From the NCBI GenBank assembly GCA_002811645.1, contig PDIP01000077.1:159976-223975 (forward strand): 64,000 bases of DNA, given 5' to 3'. Of the stretch, positions 51,026-60,675 are shown piece by piece. The stretch's first letter is position 1; every line of letters begins with the position of its first letter. The translations under genes and the position numbers were made by a program. Below the pieces are notes generated by a model that was not told the DNA's origin, did not search any database, and worked only from the letters and a program-made list of their open reading frames with translations. Source of the stretch: Corallochytrium limacisporum Hawaii. Lineage: Eukaryota; Protista; Pluriformea.

Positions 51026-51101
51026 AAACCAACAGAAGAAAAAAGACACGAACAACGGCAAAACCAACAGAAAAAAAAAGACACGAACAACGGCAAAACC
51101 A
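51026..51101. repeat. 35-bp tandem duplication (2 copies plus a partial)
   Basis: AAACCAACAGAA(G/A)AAAAAAGACACGAACAACGGCA at 51026 and 51061, one mismatch. Confidence 0.9.
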
Positions 51102-54100
51102 CTGAAATGAGTGAAAAAACATGTGATTTGGGAGCGTGTTGCAGGGCTGCACTTTCGGCCCGTGCCACCCCCCCCCCCGGGGTCCTCGCCTCTCCTCTCC
51201 CGGCCTGCTTCGCCCCCCCTCCCCCCTCTGCCTCCGCTCCCTCGCCTCCCTTCCAGCCCCCGGGGCAGGGCGCGCACTTCGCGGGGAGTAGTGTTTTATT
51301 ATACAAATTCACGCACAAAACGCCGGGCGCAGCGATAACAGCGTCAAGGAACACAATCATCCGTCAACAACCGGAAAAGTACTGCACAGACCCGGCCCAG
51401 TTTCAAACCCCCGCAGAACAGTGTTTCGGACCACCACGGAATAAGAAACACAAAGATCGGAAAGTGGTATCGGTTCAATGGGTGGCCAAGAGACAGACGC
51501 ACAGCGGCCGTGCATCGATGGGAGCGGAATGAGCGCATCACTCTGTCTGGAAGGCATTGTCTACAGTGAGCCATCCATCGTTGCGATCTGTGCTCTTGGT
51601 GAGATGAGGTGGCGTGCATGCTCTCCTCCCTTTCCGTCTGATGTGATGTTAAAAAACGCGGCCGTCAGCATGATGGTGGATGATGATCCACCAGCATGGC
51701 TCTGGACCGAAGTTTACCGTGTAAAGTTGTCGTGGCATATATACATGAGGACTGCGTGATCCCTACTTTGTCTCCGCTACGGCCAGATCACACCGCAGCG
51801 GGAATGCTCAAGGCAACACGCCCGACACAGAGTGTCTCACAGTCTCATCAGTCATACAGTCAGCACACAACATTCACACCGTCCCTGACCCACCGGTCGC
51901 ACAGTCTGTCCCGACCACGACGATTGTAAGAGTGTCTCTCAATCTCTCCCCTCCAAGGAGGCCAGAGAGTTCTGCGTGAGGATCTTTTGTTGAGCAGAGC
52001 GACAGCCACGCGGGTTCCCTCGGTCTTTAAGTCTACGTGCGCGTTTCTTGGCTCCGGTTATATACACACACACCAGAACCCGGGCAACGTGACGGCACTC
52101 TCACCGCTACCCGGCCACCGCGCCCTCACCGCCCTCTCGCTCTCTCTCTCTCACTTTCCTTCCTTTTTTTCCCTCAGTTTCGTTTGGTGAAAGAAACGAG
52201 AACTTTTGCTGCCCTCTCCCTGTTCTTGTCATCATCCAAGCCCCTCACCAACCGACCCTTCAACCACCCTTTCCATTCTATACCTAAACTCTTAGAGAGA
52301 GCAAGGATTAGCCACAAGGGAATCCAAAAAGAAAAAAAGGGGAAGAGACGAAACTTCGATCTGCGAGGCTTGTACAGTTTCTCGCAGCGGCGTGATTTTT
52401 TTCAGCCGGAGAGAGAGAGAGTACGGACTACTCCCAAAAAAAAAAACGAAAAGACTACACACACACAAAAAAGAGAAGGAGAAGAGTTGCCCGCTGGCTT
52501 TTTTTTTCGGCTTTTGGGCAAAAGCAACACAAAAGAAAGAAAATCCTCCACTCTCTCTCTCTCTTTCCTTATTTTTTTTTGGGTTTGCCTTCTTCGAGAG
52601 CCGTATAAATTTCGATGGACAATAAAGAAAGAAAGATAGCTCTCCACCTCTCTAACCCAAAGCCAGGCCTCCCCTGGGAAGGCAGGCAGTGGTGCACAAG
52701 GTCCCCTTCCCCGTAGAAGAACTAAAAGGAAATGTTCTCTCTCTCTCTCTCTGTGTATGCGCCGCCGATGGAGAGGGCCGCTGCGGAACGGAGCATTCTT
52801 TCCCCGCGCTTCAAAACTCGAGCTGCCCGTCCGCACGGAAAGGATAAGCCCCGCACGTACTTCTCCCCCCCCCCAAACCCAAGCGCGCGAGTACATATCG
52901 ATCTGATAAAAGCCTTTTGGGTAGTTTGTCCCATTCAAATTGAATGAAATTCACGCCGTCGGCCGTTTTGCTGACCACCCGGTGCCACCCGTTCCCTTCC
53001 TCCCGATCTTCTCGTTCTTTGCCCCCCCCCTCCTCCTCTCCTTCTTCGGTCCCTTCTTTCCTTGCTCTTCCCCGCTTTGGGTCTTAGTTTTCCTCGGATG
53101 GCGACCGGCTTCATTTTCTTTTTATATGCTCTTCGCTCCCATTTATTTTCTTGGTTCTTGGGCCTTTACTTTCCTTGGGAAGGACGGAAGACAGAGACAG
53201 GCACGACGGGTGCCGATTCAAATGAAGAGAAACAAAGGAACGTCGCAGGGTGTATTTTTTACCACATTTCTCCCTTCTTTTCTCTTTGCGCCCGGGAGAA
53301 GGGTAGGAGGAGAGAGCCTTTTCCAGCCATAGAAATTCACGCCGGCCTTCGCTGTCTTCGTTGTTCTCAGGGAACCCGTCTACCTGACTGAGAGACAGGG
53401 GGGGGACGGACCGAGAATGATTACCGACATCAGCAAAAAATAAGATCAAAAAAAAGGGCAAAAGCAAAACTTCGAAGAAATGAAGTTTTCTGGGGAGGAG
53501 AGGTTTCTCTCGTAGTCGACCGATCCCTTTTAATTTTGCCTCCCCTCCTTCCCTCCCTCTGGCTTTCCGCCTCCGCCGCGATCCTTTCCGTGCGGATTGT
53601 CGGGCCATCCCTCTGAGACCGGCAGGATCGGGCCATAAGCAAGGTCCACATCGGGTCATTTCAGTACCGAATGAACCGTGGAGAATTCTTCCTTTTTGTT
53701 TGATTCTGCATGGACCTTTTTTTTACTTTCTTTTTCTTTTTTGTCCTTGTTTTAATTTTTTGCTGCCTCCCCCACCCCGGTTTCTTGGGTAACATAGATC
53801 TGGTTTATTCCCATCGGAGACCGGCAGGATGATCCCAGGGTTGAACCCCCCCCTTCTCTCTGATGATTTGATACCTGAACCGTGTGCACGCATGGGCAGG
53901 TGATGTTGATGATGGTTACGGTTCCGTTTAAGGGGTTCTTCGCCTTTTCTTTTTTTTTTGGTTCCTTTGTTCTCTCTGATTTCTTTCGTCGGTTTTGGCT
54001 TTTTTTTTTGAATTTTGGGTTTGCATTTGGCCATAGTTTTACTACCGTGTGGAAGAGGCCCGTGATCGAGATACTCTCCTCTTCGGCTCCCTCCCTCTCC

Positions 54101-55331
54101 CTCCCCCAAACTCCCTTTCGGGGTCAGCGCAGAGAACCTCCAAATCACGGATGCAGGAACAGATCAGGCATCCAACACGAGCATGCATCATAATTATGTA
54201 GCGGCCAAATAAAACCCCACCAAAGACACGTACAATGAAAATAAAAGATACCAGGACATGCCGTGCGTGCGTGCGTACGTGCAAATTGAAAGATCACATG
54301 CTAAAATAACACTGGGGTCCAGGCCTCGGTCATCGTGAATTCTTCGCGAAGTTGCACGCTGACCCCGTGGTCATCCCCCCCCCGGGGGGGTTGGACACGG
54401 GCCGAGTGTGTGTGGAGACACGAGGATTGTGGAGAAGCGAGCCCCGGGGGGGGGGGTTGAATCTTTTCCTTGTTCGGAGGTGCTGACCTGGCTTTTTTTT
54501 GTTTTTTTTTTGTTGTTTTTGGGTGAAGTCAGTTTTCCGTCAGCGCGTGCCCACATCCAAAGAAGAAAAGGAAACGGGCCCCCCCCCTCCCGGGTCCTCA
54601 AAAGAAAGCCATTCTTTTTCATTTCGCTTGTGGTTGAGAAGAGGGACTGCACGAGTAAATTTTCCATCTGCTGACGAGACGGAAGGATCGGCTTCCCGAG
54701 ATGTGATACCCTTTCTTTTCTTTTTTTCTTTCTTCTGTGTTTTGTTTCATTCCTTGTCCATTCTCCTTTTTTTTTCCTTTTTTTTGATTTAAACTTTTTG
54801 TGCGGTGCTGACCGACCGGCCCGCTCTCTCGCCCTTCTCGCTCTTCTCTACCAAACTTTTCTCGGTGTGGCGACCGAGACAGTACCGAGCGGAACAAAGT
54901 GGCCGGGTGTGTGTGTGTGTGTGGTTTGGGTCCGGAGGGAGATTTTATAAATAGCGGATCCTCGCGTGGTGTTGGCGGAGTTAAGGGGGTAGCGCTTTGC
55001 TGTTGCTCCGTTTACTCTCTTGTTCGTGCACTGGGAGTCGGCTAAACATAGCGCTGCAGAATCTCCTACGGTAATCGCTGTACAATGGAATAACTCCAGG
55101 GAACAAGCCAGAGTCACACTGTGCCTCAGCACACACAGATAGCACCACTTGTGGACCTCAAAGAAAGCAAGCTGCTTCGATGGAGCTATGACACGCCGGA
55201 GTGATAAGGAAGTGAATGATGCCCAAGCTGAAAGGTATTTGAAGGATCGTACGGTCGTTGGTGGACCGGACAAGATAAACCGACGGTTGTATCGAGACTG
55301 CAGCGTATGAAGCACCCAATATAAGTTAAAC

Positions 55332-56975
55332 ATGGCGCCCCAGGATTACTACTCATGGCAGGACATGAGCCCCGAGGAGGTTGTTGCCGCCGAGGACGCG
55401 CTCTACCAGGCCCAGCTCAAGGAAGTCAAAGACTTTATGAGCCAAGACCGCTTCAAAAATGTCAAGCGTCTGCACACTGCTGAGGACGTCGTTCCTCTGA
55501 AGGGCACCTACCGGGAAGATTACTTCAGCCGCCTGATGGCAAAGAAGATGTGGACCTTGCTGGAGAAGAAGTTCGCCAACAAGGAAATGTCCCACACCTT
55601 TGGTGCCCTCGACCCAATCCAGGTCACTCAGATGGCCAAGTACATGGAGACAATTTACATCTCTGGCTGGCAGTGCTCTTCCACCGCCTCCACTACCAAC
55701 GAGCCTGGTCCTGACTTGGCTGACTACCCCATGAACACAGTGCCCAACAAGATCCAGCATCTCGTCAAGGCCCAGCAGTTCCATGACCGCAAGCAGCGCC
55801 AGGTCCGCTCTGAAATGTCGAAGGAGGAGCGCATCGCCAACCCCCCGACTGATTTCCTGCGCCCCATCATTGCCGATGGTGACACTGGACACGGTGGTTT
55901 GACCGCTGTCATGAAGCTGGCTAAGCTGTTCGTTGAAAACGGTGCTGCTGGTATCCATATTGAGGACCAGGCTGCTGGTACAAAGAAGTGCGGTCATATG
56001 GCCGGAAAGGTCATGGTGCCCATTTCCGAGCACATCAACCGCATCAACGCTGCCCGTCTGCAGGCTGATATTCTCGGCGTAGAGCTTATCATTGTTGCCC
56101 GTTCTGATGCTGAGGCCGCAACTCTGCTGAACAACAACGTCGACCCCCGGGACCATTGCTTCATCTACGGTTCTACCAATCCCAACCTCAAGGGACTGAA
56201 TGAACAGCTCCGTATCTGGCGCGAGGAGGGCAAGTCTGGCGCCGAGCTCGCAAAGCTTGAACAGGGCTGGGTCAAGGAGGCCAACATGAAGCTGTACCCC
56301 GATGCCGTGGCCGAGGAGCTGGAGAAGGCTGGCAAGACCGCGGAGGCTGCTAAGTTCAAGAAGGAGGCGTTCGGTAAGGGTTTGCCTGAGATGCAGGCAT
56401 TGGCTAAGCAGTACGGTGCTGAGCCTTTCTGGGACTGGGACGCTCCCCGCACAGTTGAGGGTTACTACCGCACCCAGGGTGGCACCAGCTATGCCACCTG
56501 GCGCTGCCAGTGCTTCTCCCCTTACGCCGATCTTGTCTGGATGGAGACCAAGTCCCCCATCCTGTCCCAGGCCAAGCAGTTCGCTGAAGGTATCCAGAGC
56601 GCACATCCCGGACAGTACATGGCCTACAACCTGTCTCCTTCCTTCAACTGGGACAAGGCTGGCATGACCGACAAGGAGCTCGAGACCTTCTGCACTGACC
56701 TCGGTAAACTTGGCTTCTGCTGGCAATTCATTACCCTGGCCGGCTTCCATGCCAACTCTCTGGCCGCCACAGACTTTGCCCGTGAGTTCAAGACCCGCGA
56801 AATGGCTGCCTACGTGCAGGATATCCAGCGCCAGGAGCGTGCCCGCGGTGTTGAGACTCTGCAGCATCAGGCCTGGTCTGGTGCCAACCTGGTTGACACT
56901 CAGCTGACCAAGGCAATGGGCGGTCTCACCTCCACCGCCGCCATGGGTGAGGGTGTCACCGAGAAGGACTTCTAG
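55332..56975 (+). CDS. ICL1: Isocitrate lyase, long plant/fungal type
   Basis: [30 protein letters not shown], catalytic [23 protein letters not shown]-specific [10 protein letters not shown]; carries the eukaryote-type central insertion; 547 aa. Confidence 0.98.
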   Translation: MAPQDYYSWQDMSPEEVVAAEDALYQAQLKEVKDFMSQDRFKNVKRLHTAEDVVPLKGTYREDYFSRLMAKKMWTLLEKKFANKEMSHTFGALDPIQVTQMAKYMETIYISGWQCSSTASTTNEPGPDLADYPMNTVPNKIQHLVKAQQFHDRKQRQVRSEMSKEERIANPPTDFLRPIIADGDTGHGGLTAVMKLAKLFVENGAAGIHIEDQAAGTKKCGHMAGKVMVPISEHINRINAARLQADILGVELIIVARSDAEAATLLNNNVDPRDHCFIYGSTNPNLKGLNEQLRIWREEGKSGAELAKLEQGWVKEANMKLYPDAVAEELEKAGKTAEAAKFKKEAFGKGLPEMQALAKQYGAEPFWDWDAPRTVEGYYRTQGGTSYATWRCQCFSPYADLVWMETKSPILSQAKQFAEGIQSAHPGQYMAYNLSPSFNWDKAGMTDKELETFCTDLGKLGFCWQFITLAGFHANSLAATDFAREFKTREMAAYVQDIQRQERARGVETLQHQAWSGANLVDTQLTKAMGGLTSTAAMGEGVTEKDF

Positions 56976-57024
56976 ATGCGTTCCTGGTCAGTGCCCAGGA
57001 TCAAGTGACCGCCCTTTTCAGGGT

Positions 57025-57046
57025 TCCTTATAATATGTTATAATTA
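57025..57046. terminator. AT-rich near-palindromic 3'-end signal candidate between convergent ICL and Gemin5
   Basis: TTATAATATGTTATAAT; similar AT patches lie between other convergent pairs (about 8637, 12278, 17453, 43956). Confidence 0.3.
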
Positions 57047-57216
57047 CCACTGTATGAACAACTTGACTTTCACTCTTTCTGTTTTTGTGTATGTCCACTT
57101 AATGAATTTATGGATGGCGTTCTGGCAGAGTGGGATATAGCCAAACGGGTACTGGGTGTTTGGTGAGACCTTGAGGAATTGCAAGTAAGGGCTTCTATAA
57201 CCATTCCGCTTCTGGT

Positions 57217-60200
57217 CTATGTGTGGCTTGACACAATGTCGGATGCGTACTGTAGGGCATCTAGGGCAAGGCTCGATGCCGTTGCGCTTGACGAGGTGCC
57301 AGCAACCGGAAAGTGAGTGGAGAGCTCGCGGTAAGGAAGAGGCTCGCATGAAGCGAAAGACTCATCGTCTGGGTCCAGCTGCCAGCGGGTGAGCATATTC
57401 TCCACAACGTCGCGCAGGCGGTGGCGTACTGGCAGTGGCAGGAGTGCCTGAGACACCCAGTCTCGCAGACAAACCAGCTGGGCTACGTCCGACCAAAGTG
57501 TAACCACCTTATCGATGCGATTATCCTCATCGAACCGATCAAGGAGCGAAGAGAGCTTAAACAGGGCCGGATTCGAGTCCTCGCTGCTCTTCAGTGCCAT
57601 TTGGACCAACTTGTCAACAATTTCAGGTTTGTCACTACTCTGAGCGCCGCCCGGATCGATGTCAGCGAGGTATCTCATCAAGGCCCGCGCTTCCTTTACC
57701 AGGGGCTGGGCTCCACGTAAGATATCGACAGCAAGGATCTGGGCCGTGCGGTTGATGGAGGATCCCTTAGTAAGAATCTTGTGAGCAGCTGCTTGGGCAA
57801 TGACCATGTGCTGAGATTCTCCGAGCACGGCATTGGAATTCTGTTTCTCCACTCCCTGGTACTCTCGACGATCTTCACCAAGCGCACTTAAAATTCTCCT
57901 TGCCAATGTATCGTTTCTCCTATTGACTGCCTCACGGGCCTTGTTTGGCTCGCCGGCAAAGAGATAAAACTTGGCCGCATTCTCAGGCTGCTCCTTATCC
58001 AACAACCCTTCCCCAGCTCGCATGCAAATGTGCTTTACGCGTGGGTCTTCGTCCCTGAAATGGAATCGGGCCAACAGGAAAGCATCCAAGAATCGGTCTG
58101 CTCGCATGAGGGTCTCAATTGCCGTTTCTATCGTGTTGATTGCAACAAGGATTGTGGCAGCAGTATTAATGTCGCCCATAAGCAACAATTGTTCTGCAAC
58201 AAGAGATCCAAACTCACGCCAGCAGTCTTCGCCGTATTGTGGTGCTAGGGCCAGGGCCAACAGCAAATCCTCTCGATTGCGCAGCACTTCCCTTCCCAAG
58301 ATCTCGAGTCCATTCTGCTCAATGACATGGCCAAGGGAGCGCAAAGCAAAGGGCTCTACGGGCGGTGACGAATCGCGTAGAAACGTCTGCAGGTGCTCTT
58401 GGACAATGGATAGGTTGGGTGCAAAGGGCCAGTTCTGCGGACGATCACACCAAGAAGTCTTGTGTTTACTAGTCGCCTGCTCGGACCACTCAATCAAATC
58501 TGCAGCAAGTGCTTTCCGAGATGTGTTTCCATGCATCACTCGTGATTGGATGCTGTGGTGAGCGTGCCTCAGATGCAGGTCCTTGATACCTATGGCTACT
58601 GAGTCCGCTACCTTGTTGTCCGCACTGACCTGGGTCCCCACTGTTGCACGCAATTGGATCACAACAGGGTCACTCCCTTTCTTTTCGCGAGTCCATGTAG
58701 CCAGTCCGTCGACGTTGCAGACAAGAACGCTTCTCTGGGGCCCAGTAACAATCACTTGGTCTTGATCCAGGCCAAAGCGCACAATGTCCTGTCCCGGGAC
58801 CGGGTGTGTCAATCTGAGCTTGACATTGATATCAGCAGTTACTGCATCACCTTCAAATATGAGTATTCGACTGCCGGAGCTGGCGGCAATCACTAAGGTC
58901 CGAGAATGTTCCCGCAGTATGGCATCGACATCATCAAGCGATGACACCTCCGTATTCACGACATGCACAAGTCCTTCCTCTGCCAAATTCCCCATCCGCA
59001 TCTGGCCATGCCGATATGCGACAATGGCGAAGGAAGATGTAACGGGAATGTGGCGCAAAGGCAGTCCCGTGGACTCGACGCACTTCACTCGCCTCGGCTT
59101 CCGCCATGACCCGGAAAGTGTATGAATTGAACCGGAAGTCGCCCCTAGTATGAGCTGCTGCGACTCCTGTGCAAACCGCAGGGTCCTGATCTTTCCAATT
59201 GGGGGAGAAAGATCGCATTCAAGGGTTTCACACTCACTTCCATCTTTCCTAATGGAAGACGTGAGGAACACTCCCGTTGTATCCACGCTGAAAACGGTGT
59301 AGCCAAGACTGTCTGTAGCAAGGTCCACGACTTCGCAGGGAGCTGCGTGTTGGTGTATGGTTCGAATGGTCTGGCTTCGTGGAGCATAGAAAACAACGGA
59401 GCCATCTCTATCACCAAGGAGTAACAAATCTGTGCCTATCCGTCGTAAACATGTGACTTCTGCATTGATTTGTCGCCAGAGGATTGCGTACTTTTGGCTA
59501 AGTGGATTCCATACGAGCACTGGTGGGTTTCCACATGCCAAAGTCAATGCTCCTTCACCGCCTGGGCTATCCAGGTCTGCCGTCTTGCCGCCGATCGTCG
59601 GCAATGTCCACTTGACTTTGGGTTTCATTGTCGTCGCTCCAATACTGTGACATGCCAGTGCCCTGTCTTGGCTGTAGCTAAGGATGGTCGACCCTTGCCT
59701 GAGTATTCCAAACACCACACGGTTATGTGCTTCTCCTGCAGCACGAATTGTATTGTTGGAGGGCAAGTGCCATTTGCTCAACTTTCCCGTTTCGTCACTA
59801 TGAAAGACCGTGTCACCTTCGAGTGCAAACGCAAACCAATGGCCCCGTTTTGAAGTCTTCCCAGATTTGCAGTTTCTCTGATGTAGCGGTCCATTCTGTT
59901 CCGTGTCCCAAACGGCCAGGAAACCGGATCGATCCATGCTGGCAAATGTATTCTTCTGGCACATGAGTCCGGAGATTGCTGCTGCATGGTGTCGATACCT
60001 TGTCACACAGCTGATCCATAATGTGCCATCTGATGCTGTGCACCTGAGTTTCTCGATTGATCCACTCTCAAATCCAACAAGACACTCAAATTTGCTCTCA
60101 TCCGCAACAGTAGTACGAGCGATGGCATTAATGGCGTCATTGCGCACGAGACTTTTGCATATTGTGCCCAACTCAAAATTGTCTTTGTTGTGCGCTGCTA

Positions 60201-60675
60201 ACATCAGCTCACCCGAGCCAGAACTTGCCAAAAACAAACAGGTACGTTCACTGGTGGTGGGCAACCAAATAATAGCCTGAGCATTCCGGTTTGCAGAACG
60301 ATCACCAATGTAATGCGCCAGTTTCTCAATCGTCCCAAGCCCGCCCGCGGACCACGTGAATTGACACACTGTTAGTACATTTTTCGCCTGTAACACGCCA
60401 AACACGAAATTATCTGAGTGTTCTGTGTCTTCTTCAATTGCTATTCCCACTACTTTGTCCTCCGGAGTATCCCTATCACTAAACTGGGCGTGGGCTTCAA
60501 GGGTTGGCCTAGATCCTGCGTGACCTGAGATTCGGAGTACTGCAACTGAATTCCTCTCTCCGTACACGATCCACCGGTCGAACACTGACAGAGCGTTGGG
60601 CAAGAACCAATTTGGCGACGGAGGAATGCTCGCTCGCACCACACCACTCTGTGCACGGATCGATGTTCCCGACAT
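57217..60675 (-). CDS. GEMIN5: Gemin5-like protein (double WD40 propeller + TPR-like dimerisation module), divergent
   Basis: N-terminal IPPSPNWF (Gemin5 LPPSPNWY), HNRVVF, WTLPTIGG (WTLPSLGG), and a helical block LALAPQYG..W......AEQL...AATIL...FLDAFLLAR.....DP...AAKFYL matching the Gemin5 TPR region. ATG at 60675. Confidence 0.85.
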   Translation of the reverse strand: MSGTSIRAQSGVVRASIPPSPNWFLPNALSVFDRWIVYGERNSVAVLRISGHAGSRPTLEAHAQFSDRDTPEDKVVGIAIEEDTEHSDNFVFGVLQAKNVLTVCQFTWSAGGLGTIEKLAHYIGDRSANRNAQAIIWLPTTSERTCLFLASSGSGELMLAAHNKDNFELGTICKSLVRNDAINAIARTTVADESKFECLVGFESGSIEKLRCTASDGTLWISCVTRYRHHAAAISGLMCQKNTFASMDRSGFLAVWDTEQNGPLHQRNCKSGKTSKRGHWFAFALEGDTVFHSDETGKLSKWHLPSNNTIRAAGEAHNRVVFGILRQGSTILSYSQDRALACHSIGATTMKPKVKWTLPTIGGKTADLDSPGGEGALTLACGNPPVLVWNPLSQKYAILWRQINAEVTCLRRIGTDLLLLGDRDGSVVFYAPRSQTIRTIHQHAAPCEVVDLATDSLGYTVFSVDTTGVFLTSSIRKDGSECETLECDLSPPIGKIRTLRFAQESQQLILGATSGSIHTLSGSWRKPRRVKCVESTGLPLRHIPVTSSFAIVAYRHGQMRMGNLAEEGLVHVVNTEVSSLDDVDAILREHSRTLVIAASSGSRILIFEGDAVTADINVKLRLTHPVPGQDIVRFGLDQDQVIVTGPQRSVLVCNVDGLATWTREKKGSDPVVIQLRATVGTQVSADNKVADSVAIGIKDLHLRHAHHSIQSRVMHGNTSRKALAADLIEWSEQATSKHKTSWCDRPQNWPFAPNLSIVQEHLQTFLRDSSPPVEPFALRSLGHVIEQNGLEILGREVLRNREDLLLALALAPQYGEDCWREFGSLVAEQLLLMGDINTAATILVAINTIETAIETLMRADRFLDAFLLARFHFRDEDPRVKHICMRAGEGLLDKEQPENAAKFYLFAGEPNKAREAVNRRNDTLARRILSALGEDRREYQGVEKQNSNAVLGESQHMVIAQAAAHKILTKGSSINRTAQILAVDILRGAQPLVKEARALMRYLADIDPGGAQSSDKPEIVDKLVQMALKSSEDSNPALFKLSSLLDRFDEDNRIDKVVTLWSDVAQLVCLRDWVSQALLPLPVRHRLRDVVENMLTRWQLDPDDESFASCEPLPYRELSTHFPVAGTSSSATASSLALDALQYASDIVSSHT

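Larger units (their letters stand above)
45940..54960. promoter_or_regulatory. Extended divergent regulatory region between malate synthase and isocitrate lyase
   Basis: About 9.6 kb with no credible CDS; several low-complexity islands; TATA-like TTTATAAATA near 54944, about 390 nt before the ICL ATG. Confidence 0.45.

Noticed and set aside
51026-51101. CRISPR-like repeat array
   Set aside because: Adjacent tandem copies with no unique spacers, in a eukaryotic context with no cas genes.
50116-54330. FarA-type CCTCGG sites in the MS-ICL spacer
   Set aside because: About three copies of a 6-mer in 9.6 kb is no more than chance.
55332-56975. Methylisocitrate lyase instead of ICL
   Set aside because: It has the ICL-type [10 protein letters not shown] rather than the fungal MCL-type LQLISLAG-like signature.
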